Positions 13,005-26,450 are shown, numbered from the stretch's first letter. The stretch is 64,000 nt of DNA from Leucoraja ocellata (GCA_036785375.1 JAWMAR010000085.1:496001-560000), one strand, 5' to 3'. Translations and numbers: made by a program. The notes: a model not told the origin generated them from the letters alone.

Positions 13005-13281
13005 TTTAGTTTTAATTTAGAGATACATGATTTGGCTCACCAAGGCCGCACTGTCCATCGATCACCCGTTTACACTAGTTCTATGTAATCCCACTTTCTC
13101 ATCCACTCCCTGTACGTGAGGGATGATTTGCATAGTCCAATTAACCTGCAAATCTTCACGTCCATGGGAAGTGGGATGAAACCGGAACGCCCGAAGGAAA
13201 CCCACACGGTCACAGGGGGAACATGTAACTGGGCCTCTGGAGCTGTGAGGCAGTGGCTCTACAGTTGAGCCACTGTGCTAC
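13005..13281 (-). mobile_element. V-SINE copy
   Basis: Diverged reverse-complement family match. Confidence 0.75.
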
Positions 13282-14445
13282 CTTTTTCTAGTGTATGATC
13301 TGGCTTCCCTGCCCATCTATAGCACTATAATTACTGAACAAAGTGTTAATAGTTTTATTGTTTACTTTACTTTCATCTTCGCGTTAAATACCTCTGGGCC
13401 TTAATCACACCAGGTCTCAATAAATGTTCTGTAGAAGCAAAATTCATCTGACAAAAATGGAACATCTGATGAATTGGAATAGAAGGTTTATTTATTATCA
13501 ATAATGTAATCTTAAACTCTGCAAATCCAAATTGTTGTATTGTATTTATGCTTAGAATTGCTTACTTAACTATTTTTTTAAATTGGCCGGTTAGCAATAA
13601 TAATTGCCTTGCACTTAAATTTCGCTACTCGATTAGAGTTCCATTGACAATTTGACTTGTTGAAAGTGGAATTGAAAGAAGTACTTGACATTCACGAGTA
13701 GCACTCATAGTGCATTGCTAAAAGTTTTAAAGTATGTATGTGGATGACTCTCCCCGTAATGCCTTAGTGCATTATACTTTTTTCCACTTTGTAGGAAAAT
13801 GACTGTGGAGAATCAATTGGAAGCAGCAATTATTAAGCATAAAAGAATACATTTCAACACGATTCATAACTATTTTGACATTACAAATTTTTTGTGCTGT
13901 ACAATAACAATATTTGGTTCTGTTAATATTAAGAAAATAGAATTTAAAAAATGCAGTTTCATTTAGATATTTAAAAGGATTTAATTTAATTAAAAATGTA
14001 TTTATTACCCTAACTTTAACCGTACTAATCCTTTTTTTTAACGCATCCTTTTCAATGATGAAGCATGTACTTTCAGATTTATTTCCCCCATTCTCAAACA
14101 ATAAATGTTTGATCATTTCAGCTCAAATGCTACCTAACCTGCTCTTAATCTTCTGTAGGCTTGCACTCAATGTTTTATACCTTTGGCAAATGCACTGTAA
14201 AACCGTATCAATCATAATGCTGCCTTTGGGAGGTTGATAAATGCATGGCGCAATGATGGAAAAACCAAAATATGACTCATTTTTCTCTTTTGCTCGCAAT
14301 AGAGTTTCTGGCCTGTCTTGATCTCCAGTCTCCAAAAACAGAGACCAGTTGTTCACTTGAGAAAACCAGTTTAATTTTTAATTTTAATTTCTGAGAAGGA
14401 TCTTGACCAGAAATGTCACCCAGAGAAGCTGCCTGTCCTGCTACG

Positions 14446-14740
14446 TTTAGTTTAGTTTGGAGATACAGCACAGAAATAGGCTTTCGGCCCACCGAGTCCA
14501 TGCCGACGAGCAATCCACGTACACCAGCACTATCCTACACACTAGGGACAATTTCCAATTGGTACCAAAGCATTTAACCTGCAAATCTGCATGTCTTTGG
14601 AGTGTGGGAGGAAACCGGAACACCCAAAGAAAACCAATGTGGTCACGAGGTAAATGTACAAACTCCGTATAGACAGCACCCGTAGTCAGGATTGAACCTG
14701 GGTCTCTCTGCAGCAACTCGACCAATGCGTCACCAATGCC
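14446..14740 (-). mobile_element. V-SINE copy
   Basis: Reverse-complement family match; lies inside a Penelope-tail fragment (about 14390-14760). Confidence 0.8.
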
Positions 14741-15346
14741 GATTATTCCAGCACTCTGTGCCCTTCCATGAAGTTTAATACTGTTACTTTATTCAAATAC
14801 ATTTAGTAGTTTTTTTGGAATATACTTTTTAAATGCACATCATTTCTCATGCACCTGGGGGTAGTTTATGTTTAACTTCCAAAAATCTTGCATGTTTAAT
14901 AATTTTTTCAGGAAAGGAAAAGCTTTCCTAGTTAAAACGTTGTACATTCTTTGGCTGCGAGAATGCAACTATGCAGATTTAAGTATGGTTTACTTTATAT
15001 CCCAATGCTTTGCCATCAGGATATATCATGAACAGTTTGTTTATTCCTAACTTCAAGTCATTGGTCATTTAACAGGTGTAATCTTCCTGGAGTACCAGTG
15101 GATTCCAGCTAGTCAGAAATCACTGTTTTCGACAGAAGGTAGCACTTTTGAGATGAGATGGAACTCTTTCCCCAGTTTCCATCGTGAGGAAGTGTGTAAT
15201 TGGTTCATAAATGTCTGTGCTGCAAGACCTAACTACTGGATTTAGGAGCAGTGGGGTGTTAGTTTGAGGTCAAATCACTTGAAAATCCCTCCTCCATGAG
15301 GACATAAATGCAGCAGAATACCAAACGTGTTTTTTCCTGTTTTAAA

Positions 15347-15652
15347 TTTAGATTAGTTTATAGATACAGCGCGGAAACAGGCCCCTTTGGGCCACCGAGT
15401 CCATGCCAACCAGCAATCCCTGTCTATTAGCCCTATCCTACACTCTAGGGACAATTTACAATTTTTACAGAAGCCAATTAACCACCAGGACGTCTTTGGA
15501 GTGTGGGAGGAAACCGGAGCACCCAGGGAAGACCCATGAGGTCACGGAGAGAAAGTGTAAACTCCGTACAAATAGCACCTGTGGTCAGGATCGAACTCGG
15601 GTCCCTGGCGCTGTAAGGCAACAACTCTACAGTAGCGCCACCTTGCTGCCCC
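15347..15652 (-). mobile_element. V-SINE copy
   Basis: Reverse-complement family match. Confidence 0.85.
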
Positions 15653-15714
15653 TTAGGAGGCTAGTTTATTAGAGGTGTATAATATGAAGGTAGATACATT
15701 TTTCAAGAATTAGG

Positions 15715-16140
15715 ATTAACGAACTTATCAGGAATGCTGGCTCCATCCTGGGGGTGGAGTTGGATTCATGGGAGGTGGTTTTGGAGGGGAGGATGCTCCT
15801 CAAATTGTGGAGTATCTTGGACAATACAGCTCATCCCCTCCATAACACACTGGTCAACCTGAGGAGCACCTTCAGCAACAGACTGGTTCCACCATGCAGG
15901 ACAGAATGCCACAGGAGGTCCTTCTTCTCTGTGACTATCAAACTGTACAACTCCCAACTCCTCCCCCTTCTGTCGTGGGGTAGACTGAGACTGACTCCTC
16001 CCTCCCCCCCCAATTTTTGCACATCCCCACTCCTTTCCACTTGTCACTTTAATTTAATGTTTCATGTATTTTGTGTTTTTATGACTGTTGGCAGATCAAT
16101 TTCCCTCCTGGGATAAATAAAGTTCTATCATATCGTATCA
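15715..16140 (+). mobile_element. Rex1/Babar-type LINE 3' fragment (second family)
   Basis: SILDNTAHPLH...STFSNRLVPPCRTECHRRSFFSVTIKLYNS; GGGATAAATAAAG followed by a (TATCG/TATCA)n tail. Confidence 0.75.
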
Positions 16141-18924
16141 GAGATGTCAGCTCGATCTTGACTTCAGGTACTGTCTGTGCAGAGTAGTGCAGAACCTCAT
16201 GGCTCATCTTTGTGCTTCCTTTTGTTTTACTAACGTTGCGAAATTTGGGCTGCTTCTTCCACTTGTGCATAATATTTCAAACATTGTTCATCGGATTACT
16301 GTCCCCTCCAGCCAGATTTGTGTAGGATCAGGAGTTGGTGACATATGCAGTGCAGAAAGATCAATTTTCCTGATTACCACGGGCTTAGATTAGTTGATCA
16401 AAGACCTTTACAAGAAACACACATAATTACTGCCAATGAACCATATTTCTTCTGATAGTGTGCACTCTTGTGTTTTAGCTGGGTTATTATTTTCAGCAAT
16501 TAAATTCCCATTTGGAAACTTTAAATGGAATTATTTGGAAATTTAGCAATAACAAATAATTTGTTTTCCATGAAATTCACCAATGCCAGAAAGGAGCCAC
16601 AATTTTATTCATTATCACAACAATAAATATTCTGCTGGTGATTTCAACTCGTAGTTTTGAATGCATCAAATGGAACAATAATGTTGAAATTACAATACTA
16701 GACCTCTGTAATATTGTGTAAATATCAGCATCTGTAGTTCATTGTTTCACCTTGCATTGTTTCACCAAACAGTCTGGCTAATTGACACCCTATGTTTCCT
16801 GTTGGTCATTCACTCTCTGCTGGTGCATCATGGCTGGAGTGTCTTCTGTATGATGGGCTATAGGAAAACAGCTACGTTTCTTTAGCAGTCAAATACAATG
16901 CCTTTCCCAAGAAGAAACATGTGCTTAGGAATGCCATCATCTGCAGTCTTGGGTCCAAGGAGTATAATCACTATAATGGAGATATATTGAAGATATTTCA
17001 TCCTTGGATCACAAATCCAGCAGCATTATGAGCATTATATAGATTAAAATGGTGGCTTCCATCACCACCGAATCTCTCAAACTCTTGCCTATATCTCCAG
17101 AATGAGTGAAAAAGTGTTGAAGGATGGACAACAAAAGGTGTAACAAGTTAAAAAGATTTGAATGATGTCTTGCAGTATTTGTTTTGGTTATGTTGCCATA
17201 AATTTTTCGATGCTCTCAGTTCAATCCCTTCAGCATATGTGTACTGTGGTTTGCACGATCCTTGACGGTCTTTAAAACGTGGCAGTCTTTATGCTTTTGA
17301 CTTTGAGTCACTTTGGCAGCTCAGAATAAAACAATGGCATTGAATGCATGGAAGTGATTTTCCAGTAGGGAGAAGTCAGATACCCAATATTCCTCAGCTT
17401 TTTAAATCTGCGATCGAGACGCAGAGTACTAAATGCCATCTTCAGCTACCTGGGAATAAGAGCATCTGTCTTGCTTTGATTTAAGATTGTGCTTAAGATC
17501 CCAGCAAGAGGTAAGAAGTATATCAATTTACCTCTGTCAGCGACATGTATGGGGGAGGGAGGCTTCTCACTGTGTTCTTGTTGTTGGCAACTTGAATTTG
17601 TTTGAATTGCAGTAGGCTGCAGATAAGAGTCAGCTCTGTACACCATAGCTGAGTTAAGGACTGCATTTTAAGCTCGGTCTTGTAGATGGCACGCTGCAGA
17701 CATTTTGCAATCGTATGTGGCATTATTAATGGGTAGTACATTTTACTGTTAATTCAGCTGCAACACTGGAGAGAGGTTATTCCTTCAATTATTGGATTGC
17801 CTGGATGCTTAACACCAAAACACAAATCACATTGGCACCAAAATCAAGTGAGGAAGGGCTGTTTGCTGGGAGATACCACTGAGCCTATTGTCATTACAGG
17901 ACAGGCTTGACGTTAGCTGGTATCATGGTATAGTTCAGGAATTGCCCAGTTTAAATTATAGGAAGGAAGGCCAATTTCTTACTGTAATAAAAAGGAACTG
18001 CAGATGCCAGTTTATACCAAAGATAGTCATCAAATGCTGGAATAACAGTGGGGCAGGCGGCATCTCTGGAGAAAACAGATCAGTGACATTTTGCTTTGGG
18101 ACCCTTCAGACAAAACGTCACCTATCCATTTTCTCCAGAGATTCTGCCTGACCCGTTGAGTTACTTCAGCATTTTGTGCCTATCTAACAATGACCTATTG
18201 TTGCCCAGAAATGGATATTGCAAAGAATCCACAAACTGGGGAGGGGCGGGTTCAAATAAAATCTCCATTAAAATGGGGGAAAATTGAAAGGGGAGGGAGA
18301 AGTGTCGATGTAAGCATGCTGCCATTTCTTCTCATTGTTGACTTTAATAAGTAACATAAAAGGATTGATGTTAATAAAAATGAAAGCCCACTCAATAAAA
18401 AAACTGGAATAATGAAATATTTGGAGCAGAGGCTTGCATTAAATATAGATTCTTCGTTCAGGAGTTCATGACTCCAAATTAATTATAACATTAAATATAT
18501 CAGGGTTAGAAATATATTTTCTAGGTTCTTGGATCAGATATCTTAAAAATTTATTATTGCAAGAGAAGAATGGAAATGTAATGAGTCAAACAGGGCTTTG
18601 GCAGATGCTCTGCTCTATTCTGGATCCATCAGAAAGATGTGTTAACAGAGGACTGCATTACGATTTCATTTGGAGCTTACTATTAATCTGTTTTTCTTTT
18701 GTTTGAAATATCAGCTTAATATTACCGTGAAAATGAAAATGAATAGATTTAATAAAGATTTGGCCCGGTAAGCTGAACAAGTGATTATTTCAATCAGTGC
18801 ACTGATTTTAAAAGATGTATGAGGAGGAGTTTTTGTAAGTGAATAGCCTAAAGTTAACATGACTTCTTGCCAAGGAAGGTTTTCTGGTTTTCTGCCTTTT
18901 GAATTGAGCCCTACATTTTTTTCC

Positions 18925-19212
18925 GTTTAGTTTAGAGATACAGTGCAGAAACAGGCCCTTGGGTTCACCGAGTCCGCACCAACCAGCGATCACCTCGTAC
19001 ACTAACAAAATCCTACACACACACACAAGGGACAATTTACAATTGTACCAAGTCAATTAGCCTACAAACCTTTATGTCTGGAGTGTGGGTGGAGACCAGA
19101 GATCCCAGAGAAAACCCACGCAGGTCACAGGGAGAATGTACAAACTCCGTACAGATAAGCACCTGTAGTCAGCATCAAACCCGTGTTTTTGGCATTGGAA
19201 GGCAGCAACTCA
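18925..19212 (-). mobile_element. V-SINE copy
   Basis: Reverse-complement family match. Confidence 0.8.
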
Positions 19213-19327
19213 TAGCCAGTTTAAAGATGTGAGAAGGAGCGGAGTGACAGAGGCTCACAAGTGAGTGGTTGAACGGGATAAAGTAAGGTCAATGGGTAGA
19301 TGGAATCAGGTGATTGATCGATAGGAA

Positions 19328-19620
19328 GATACAGCATAAAAACAAGCCCTTTGGTCCACTGCGTCCACACCAACTTTCCAATCACACTATTCACACAAAT
19401 ACTATGTTATTACACTTTTGCATCTACTCCCTACACACCAGTGGCAATTAACAGCGGCCAATTAACCTGCAAACCTGCACGTCTTTGGGATATAGGAGGA
19501 AGCTGGAGCACCCAGAGGAAACCCACGTGGTCACAGGGAAAAGGAACAAACTCCACACAGACAGCACCCAAGGTCCGAATTGGAACTGGGTCTTTGGCGC
19601 TGTGAGGCAGCGGCTCTACT
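19328..19620 (-). mobile_element. V-SINE copy
   Basis: Reverse-complement family match. Confidence 0.75.
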
Positions 19621-19629
19621 AGCCCTGGG

Positions 19630-20695
19630 GAGGGGTCCTTTTCACAATGGCAGGCAGTGAATAGTGGGGTGCCGCAAAGCTCAGTGCTGGGACCCAAGTT
19701 ATTTAAAATATATATTAACAATTTAGACAAAATAATTAAATGGAATCAATCTCCAAGTTTGTGGATGACACAAAGCTGGGTGGCGGTGTGAGCTGCGAGG
19801 AGGATGCTATGAGGCTGAAGGGTGACTTGGATAGGTTGGGAGAGTGGGCAGATGCATGGCAGATGCAGTATAATGTGGATACATTTGAGGTTATCCACTT
19901 TGGTGGCAAGAACAGGAAGGTGTTTATTATGATCTGAATGGTGTCAGATTAGGAAATGGGGTGGTGCAACGAGACCTGAGTGTGCTTGTACATCAGTCAC
20001 TGAAAGTAAGCATGCATGTACAGCAGGCAGTGATGAAAGCTAATGGTATGTTGGCCTTCATTGCGAGAGGATTTGAGTTTTGGAGCAAGGAGGTCCTACT
20101 GCAGTTGCACAGGGCCCTGATGAAATCGCACTTTGAGTATTGTGTGCCATTTTGGTCTCCCAATTTGAGGAAGGACATTATTGCTATTGAGGGGGTGCAG
20201 CGTAGGTTCACGAGGTTAATTCCCATGATGGCGGGATTAACATATGATGAAAGAATGGGTCGACTGGGCTTGTATTCACTGGAATTTAGAAGGATGAGAG
20301 GGGATCTTATAGAAACATCGAACATTCTTAAAGGAATGGACAGGCTAGATGCAGAAAAAATGTTCCCGATGTTGTGAGGAGTCCTGAACCAGGGATCATA
20401 GTTTAAGAATAAGGGCTAGGCCATTTAGGACTGAGATGAGGAAAAACCTCTTCACCCAGAGAATTGTGAATATGTGTCATTCTCTGCCAGAGTAAGCAGT
20501 GGAGGCCAATTCATTGGATGTTTTCAAGAGAGTGTTAGATTTAACTCTTTTCGGGCTATAGGAATCAATGGCAATGGGGAAAAAGCAGGAACGGGGTACT
20601 GATTTTGGGTGATCAGCCATGATCATATTTAATGGTGGTGCTGGCCCGAAGAGCCAAATGGCCTACTTCTGCACCTATTTTCTATATTTCTATGA
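19630..20695 (+). mobile_element. CR1 LINE, 5'-truncated (RT and C-terminal region, disrupted)
   Basis: SGVPQSSVLGP, ISKFVDDTKLGG, WQMQYNV, EYCVPFWSP...IEGVQRRFTRLIP...LYSLEFRRMRGDLIE; CR1-like 3' UTR and (TTTCTA) tail. Confidence 0.92.
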
Positions 20696-20774
20696 ATTGG
20701 AAGGATGGATAAAGGGAGAACAGATCCAGGTGGATATCCAAGGAGGTGATGGGCAGATGGAGCCTCCAAATAAT

Positions 20775-21050
20775 GTACCTTCAGAAAGGAGATGAGGAGG
20801 AATTTCTTTGAATGTCAGAGGGTGGTGAATCTGTGGAATTCTTTGTCACTGATGGCTGTGGAGGCCAAGTCATTGGGTATTTTTAAGGTGCAGATTAACA
20901 GATTCCTGATTAGTATGGATGTCAGGGGTTATGTGGAGAAGGCAGGAGAATGGGGTTGCGATGGAAAGATAGATCAGCCATGATTGATTGGGAGAGTAGA
21001 CTTGATGGGCCGAATGGCCTAATTCTGCTCCTACAACATATGAATATATG
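20775..21050 (+). mobile_element. CR1 LINE 3' end fragment
   Basis: MRRNFF..QRVVNLWNSL; 3' UTR GGGCCGAATGGCCTAATTCTGCTCC. Confidence 0.8.
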
Positions 21051-21244
21051 AACCAGGTGGGGGAAGGTGACGAGTACTTGTAATGGTAACGGGGTGGGAA
21101 ATGGATGAAAAAAGATGAACAAAGGAAGATACACTGTAGGTGGACAGATGGGAGTGGGAAAGGAATACATTGGGAGTGAGTTACCCGAAATTGGAAATTT
21201 TATTGTCTGTAGTATTCGGTCGTAAGCTATCCAGGCAGAATATT

Positions 21245-21945
21245 CCCATCTCCACCCCTTTCCACCGAAACCATTCCCTCGGCAACTCCCTGGTTCATTC
21301 ATCCCTTCCGACCCAAACCACCCCCTCCCCAGTACCTTCCCCTGCAACGGCAGGAGATGCAACACCTGTCTCTATACCATCTTCCTCGACTCCATCTAGG
21401 GACTCCGACAGTCCTTTTGGGTAAGGCAGAGCTTCACTTGCATCTTCTCCAACCGCATCTATTGTATCCATTGATCCCAGCATGAACCTATATATTGGTG
21501 AGATGAAGTGCAGACGGGGTGATCGTTTCAATAGATACCTACGCTCAGTCCACCTTGACCTATGCCAGTGAGGCCACCATGCAAATTGGAGAAACAGCAC
21601 CTCATATTGGGCTTGGGCAGCATATAACCCAGTGGTATGAATTTTGATTTCTCTAATTTCAAGTAACCCTTCCATCCTCTCTCTGTCCCCAACCCCAGAT
21701 GTCTTGCTATTTTCACCTTTTTATCCCTTTGTAATCAGCTCTTCCACAGCCAACAATGGACCATCGTGGGCTACACCTTTCCAGAATCATTTGTGCCAAC
21801 TCTGATTTTTTTCTGTAACTTTTCATACCTATAGTTTCCCCCTCCCCTGACTCTCAGTCTGAAGAAGGGTCCCGACCCGAAACATCACCTATCCATTTTC
21901 TCCACAGATGCTGCCTAATCCGCTGAATTATTCCAGAATTTTGTG
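21245..21945 (+). mobile_element. Penelope-like element (degenerate GIY-YIG endonuclease plus tail)
   Basis: FPCNGRRCNTC...FTCI.SNRIYCI...YIGE remnants; hammerhead motif at 21859-21886; short inverted fragment at about 21160-21240. Confidence 0.8.
21859..21886 (+). ncRNA. Minimal type I hammerhead ribozyme motif (Penelope-associated)
   Basis: CTGAAGA-A-GGGTC-CC-GACCC-GAAAC-ATC. Confidence 0.6.
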
Positions 21946-22734
21946 ACAGCCTTACTGGTATACCTGTTAGACAAGATCCATAAATCCTGGCTCTGATTAA
22001 GGTTGATATTTGAACAGCATGGCCTGTATTTGAGAACTCTCTGCCCTGTGATTAAAAATAACGTGCTTACAAAGTCAGTCCATTACATCTGAAAGAAATA
22101 GTACATGCTTAATAATCCCCTATCTTCTCAGTTGCATAACCTTAAAAAAAAGACAACAAAGCAATTTTGACAAATGTTATTGCTAACCCAAGGTGACAAG
22201 CATAGAAAAGTGGTGTGGCGAGGCTTCATGGGTACAAAGATTGCTCCATTAGTCTAAGCATGACAGGCTGATTTATTCATATCCATCTTATTATTATTAT
22301 AAATTATGACATAATGGGAATTTAACCATAAATTATGCATGGTAACCATTAAATTTATTTTGTCCTTGGAGAGATGTATTGGACAACTTGTTTATCTCAT
22401 TAGGACCAAGGTTCAAGTACACTGAACAGTAATGATGAATGCATTTGCTATAATGACATAATGTAATGGAACAATGCATAATACAACATTAAATGCATGT
22501 TGGAATAATAGCTCAACCAAAGTCTATAAACTCTGTTAGGCAGGAGTAATTTTGTTTCAAATTGTAGAACATCATTGTCTTTCTTTCAATAGAACTACAA
22601 TTCGGTGCATTTCAAACTGGTTTTCATTATTGACATTCCTTCCAAACAGGACATAGACTTTCAAAACATTAAAATGATAACTGGAATTTAAAACAATGTT
22701 TCAGAATCAGAAAAAAAAGTGAGTGGTCTCACCC

Positions 22735-23130
22735 CGATCACTCCCTCTTCTCCCCTCTCCCATTAGGCAAGAGGTACACAAGTGTGAAAACACACCTCTA
22801 GATTCAGTTTCTCCAGCAGTTTTGTCTACCTCTAGATTAAGGGACAGTTTCTTCCCAGTTGTCATCAGGCAACTGAATCATCCCATCAACAACTAGAACG
22901 TGGTCCTGACCTACCAGCTACCCCATTGGAGACCCTCAGACTATCTGTAATCAGACCTTATTGGACTTTACCTTGCCTTAAACATTATCCCCATTTTCGC
23001 GTGTCTGTACACTGTGGACAGCTTGATTGTAGTCACCTATCGTCTTTTAGCTGACTGGATAGCATGCAACAAAAAAGCTTTTCACTGTACCTTGGTACAT
23101 GTGAAAGTAATAATAATTAACTAAAACAAA
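22735..23130 (+). mobile_element. Rex1/Babar-type LINE 3' end
   Basis: LFSPLPLGKRY...RDSFFPVVIRQLN remnant; 3' UTR AGCTTTTCACTGTACCT.GGTACA shared with 53900-54010 and 38330-38600. Confidence 0.65.
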
Positions 23131-23909
23131 TCTGATTCCATTTCCACAGTTGCTGCCTGACCTGCTTTTTTTCAGTTTTTGAAATAACTGTTTGTTTTTC
23201 TCGATCAGCCTCATTTCCGCCAGATTAATTTTATTGCAACACTTTCCAACATTCAAAATACAGTTTCTGCATATAAATGATGATTCTGTGGATGAAAGAA
23301 TCTTTTTAATTGAAACTGAAATCACTTGAATAATACATTCCTCTTGATATTTCAGCATCAAAAACTGCTTAAATGAAGCTGTTTTTAAAAAAAATAGCCC
23401 ATGACTAATTTAGGCAAGGTTCATTGTTGATTGGATTTACCTAAAAACTGCATGCAGCAGATTTAAATCACAAACAAATCATGTTGTGATTTTATCCCAT
23501 TATCAACTAAAATTGGTTTGGACCAGACATCGTGGTGATATTTTTACAAAACCCCTCAATAATAAAAACCCAGTCCTCCCTCTCAGGAACACTGACTTCA
23601 ACCAATTATAAAGACTGGCTATGGTATGGCTGTCAGAGGTTATGGGGAGAATGTGTTAATATTGCCAAATTAAAGACACCAGAAAATGGTTCCCTGCACT
23701 TGTCAGAATTGCTTAACTCTTGTCAGCTGAAATCTACAGGCTTTGGATGGTGCCAGCCAGTCTAGGCTCAGACTGGTATGCAGGATGGTGAGGGGTCCAG
23801 GTGTTCTCCTTGTTTCTCCTAAATTGATAAAATGTATAGCAGTTTTGCAAATGAACCCTAAATCCATCATTTCGATTGGATGCAAGGGCATTATAAATAG
23901 TATAAATAA

Positions 23910-24171
23910 TGTTGCGAGACGGTCATCCTGTTAATCGATGATTGTTTGGCGGTCAGAAGAACGACAACTTAAGTTTCCAACAGATCTTTATTCAAAAGTT
24001 CGGTTTCCAGGATACAGGTTCTCTAGATACGTCTGGCCACAGCGGTGGTCAGCGCTAAACTAACAGACGAAAGGAAAAACCGAGCTAAACAAGCAACCCC
24101 TCCCGAGTCATGTAACCGCGGCTTCCGAACGCCGGGTTTGATACCTGCGTGCGCCAGCAGGCGCCGCTACA
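23910..24171. mobile_element. Putative solo LTR (family B), CpG-rich
   Basis: TGTTGCG...CGCTACA inverted termini; TTTATT near 23988 (AATAAA on minus); no clear TSD. Confidence 0.5.
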
Positions 24172-24269
24172 ATTGGTCGAACTGTTGAGCCTTGAAGAAA
24201 CTGATTGAATCTCAGGGCACATGTTTCAATGTTTATTCTTGCTTACTTCCTTCAAAAATATTCTTTCAA

Positions 24270-24664
24270 GTACAATGTATTGGTTACTGTATTATTGGGT
24301 TAGGGAAATGTCTATCATGTACTGTGTTAATCGATATCTGTTATTGGGCTGTAAGAGACCACTCCCATGTGGTTCGGCACCTCAAAGTTCGGGGATCTAT
24401 AAAAGGCCACTCCCACGAGGTCCTGTGTCGATCTTCTGGGAGAACGTTTAGGACTGTGTGACCTTCTGGAGTGTCTCCGCGATCGAACGAGGCTAAGAGG
24501 ACTTGGCCAAGCAGATACAAGGATCGAACCCGCGGTGGTTAGGTATGGTAGTGGGGAACTGTTATTGTGTTTTTCCATAATAAAGTTTAGATGCGCAAGT
24601 GCTTGACTCAGTATCTTATTGACTGAAACTAAACTGGGAGGAAGCTTAGAACGAGGTATTTACA
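24270..24664 (+). mobile_element. Putative solo LTR (family A, second copy)
   Basis: TATAAAAGG, GTCGATCTTCTGG, AATAAAGTTTAG, TGACTCAGT and the TATTTACA end are colinear with 4565-4958. Confidence 0.65.
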
Positions 24665-25194
24665 AAGGCAGGACAATCGGGTTAGGAGGGAGAGATAGAT
24701 CAGTCATGATTGAATGGCGGAGTAGACTAGATGGGCTGAATGCTTATGACCATATACCAATTACAGCACGGAAACAGGCCATCTCGACCCTTCTAGTCCG
24801 TGCCGAAATGCACTTGACCTTATGCACTTATGACCCTAAGGTCAGTAGGTTTCTTTCAAGCTCACAAAAAGTGTATCAGGATCAACATCAACAACTAGAA
24901 TCCAAATGCAGCTGACGGTTATATCCGAACTAGTTCACCAAGGGACACAGTTGAATCGATGTATTCCACAGAAAACAGGCAATTGAATGACAGGATAGAG
25001 AAATCATGATTTCCATTTATCAAGGCTGGATGAATCACAACAATGTATTCCTTTAAGCTCAAATGCATAAATCCATTGACCTCATGATCCTGAAATATTA
25101 TCCTTTCATTTATCTTCTTCCAATTTAATGCAGAGTTTACCGTACAGACATTCCTGTAGCTGCAGCAGCCATGTGTTAGAATTACTTTACAGAG

Positions 25195-25492
25195 GGGCGG
25201 CACAGTGGCGCAGCGGTAAATTTGCTGCCGTGCAGTACCAGAGACCTGGGTTCAATCCTGACTGCGGGTGCTGTCCAGATGTAAGGAATTTGCACATTCT
25301 CCCTGTGACAGCATGGGTTTTCTCCAGGTGCTCTGGTTTCCTTCCACATTCCAAAGATGTGCATGTTTGTAGGTTCATTGGATTCTGTAAATTGTCCCTA
25401 GTGTGTAAGATAGAACTAGTGATCGGTGATCATTGGTTGTCACTGACTTGGTGAGCTGAAGGGCCTGTTTCCACACAGTATTGCTAAACCAA
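25195..25492 (+). mobile_element. V-SINE copy
   Basis: Family match. Confidence 0.85.
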
Positions 25493-25778
25493 AACCTGAA
25501 GATAAAATGCAGCAATATAGAGTGCTGTGTTTTGAGCAATAAACAGTACAGCATAGGAACAGACCCTTTAGCCTGCAATGTATGTGTCGAACATGATGCC
25601 AAGGTAAACTAGTTCAAAATGTAGTCTCTTTACATTTAGCAGAAGCTAAGTGCAGTTTGGATGAACCACTTGGTGGAGCACCTGTGTTCAGTCTCCAGGA
25701 GAAAACCTGAGTTTGTTTGCCTGCCACTTTAATGCTCCATTCTACACCCAGTCTGACTTATTTGTCAAGGTACTATAA

Positions 25779-26025
25779 GGGTCCCAACCCAAAATGTATC
25801 TCCTATCCATGTTCTCCAGAGATGCTGCCTGATGCGCTGAGTTACTCTGGCACTTTGTATCTTTTTTTTGTAGACCAGCATCTGCAGTTCTTCATAGAAA
25901 CAAAGAACCGCAGATGCTGGTTTATACCAAAGATAGACACAAAGTGCTGGAGTAACTCAGCAGGTCAGGCAGCATCCCTGGAGAAAAAAGTATGAGTGAC
26001 ATTTCGAGTTGGGACCCTTCTTCAG
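25779..26025. repeat. Tail-to-tail inverted pair of Penelope-tail units
   Basis: Arms of about 110-120 bp, CCAGAGATGCTGCC...CCAGCATCTGCAGTTC / GAACCGCAGATGCTGG...GGCAGCATCCCTGG, with a short spacer. Confidence 0.8.
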
Positions 26026-26149
26026 AGGTCTGTACATTTGAATGACTATATACATCAACTTTGAAACTGGAGAATCAAAGAATCACAGCCATCAAAAGTG
26101 ACAAAATGTTGAGCATGTTGAAACCATGACAAGACTGAGTTGCAGAGCT

Positions 26150-26450
26150 GAGATAACAGGAGCCTGAAGACTGCAACGTCTAGGTTCAGAAATAGCTACT
26201 TCCTCACAACCATCAGGCTATTAAACTCAACTGAAACAAATCACTGAACATTAATAGACCAGTATCTGTTTATTTGCACTTTATCTACTTATTTATTGAT
26301 ATGTGTATATATTTATATAATGGTATATGGACTCACCGATATGTTCTGTATTCATGCCTACTATATTTTGTTGTGCTGAAGCAAAGCAAGAATTTCATTG
26401 TCCTATCTGGGACACCGACAATAAACTCTCTTGATTTGACTTGACTTGAC
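26150..26450 (+). mobile_element. Rex1/Babar-type LINE 3' end
   Basis: RSLKTATSRFRNSYFLTTIRLLN remnant; AATAAA followed by a (CTTGA)n tail. Confidence 0.7.

Noticed and set aside
13772-14116. 114-aa AT-rich minus-strand ORF
   Set aside because: Composition (F/I/K/N) reflects AT-rich DNA; no motif or splice support.
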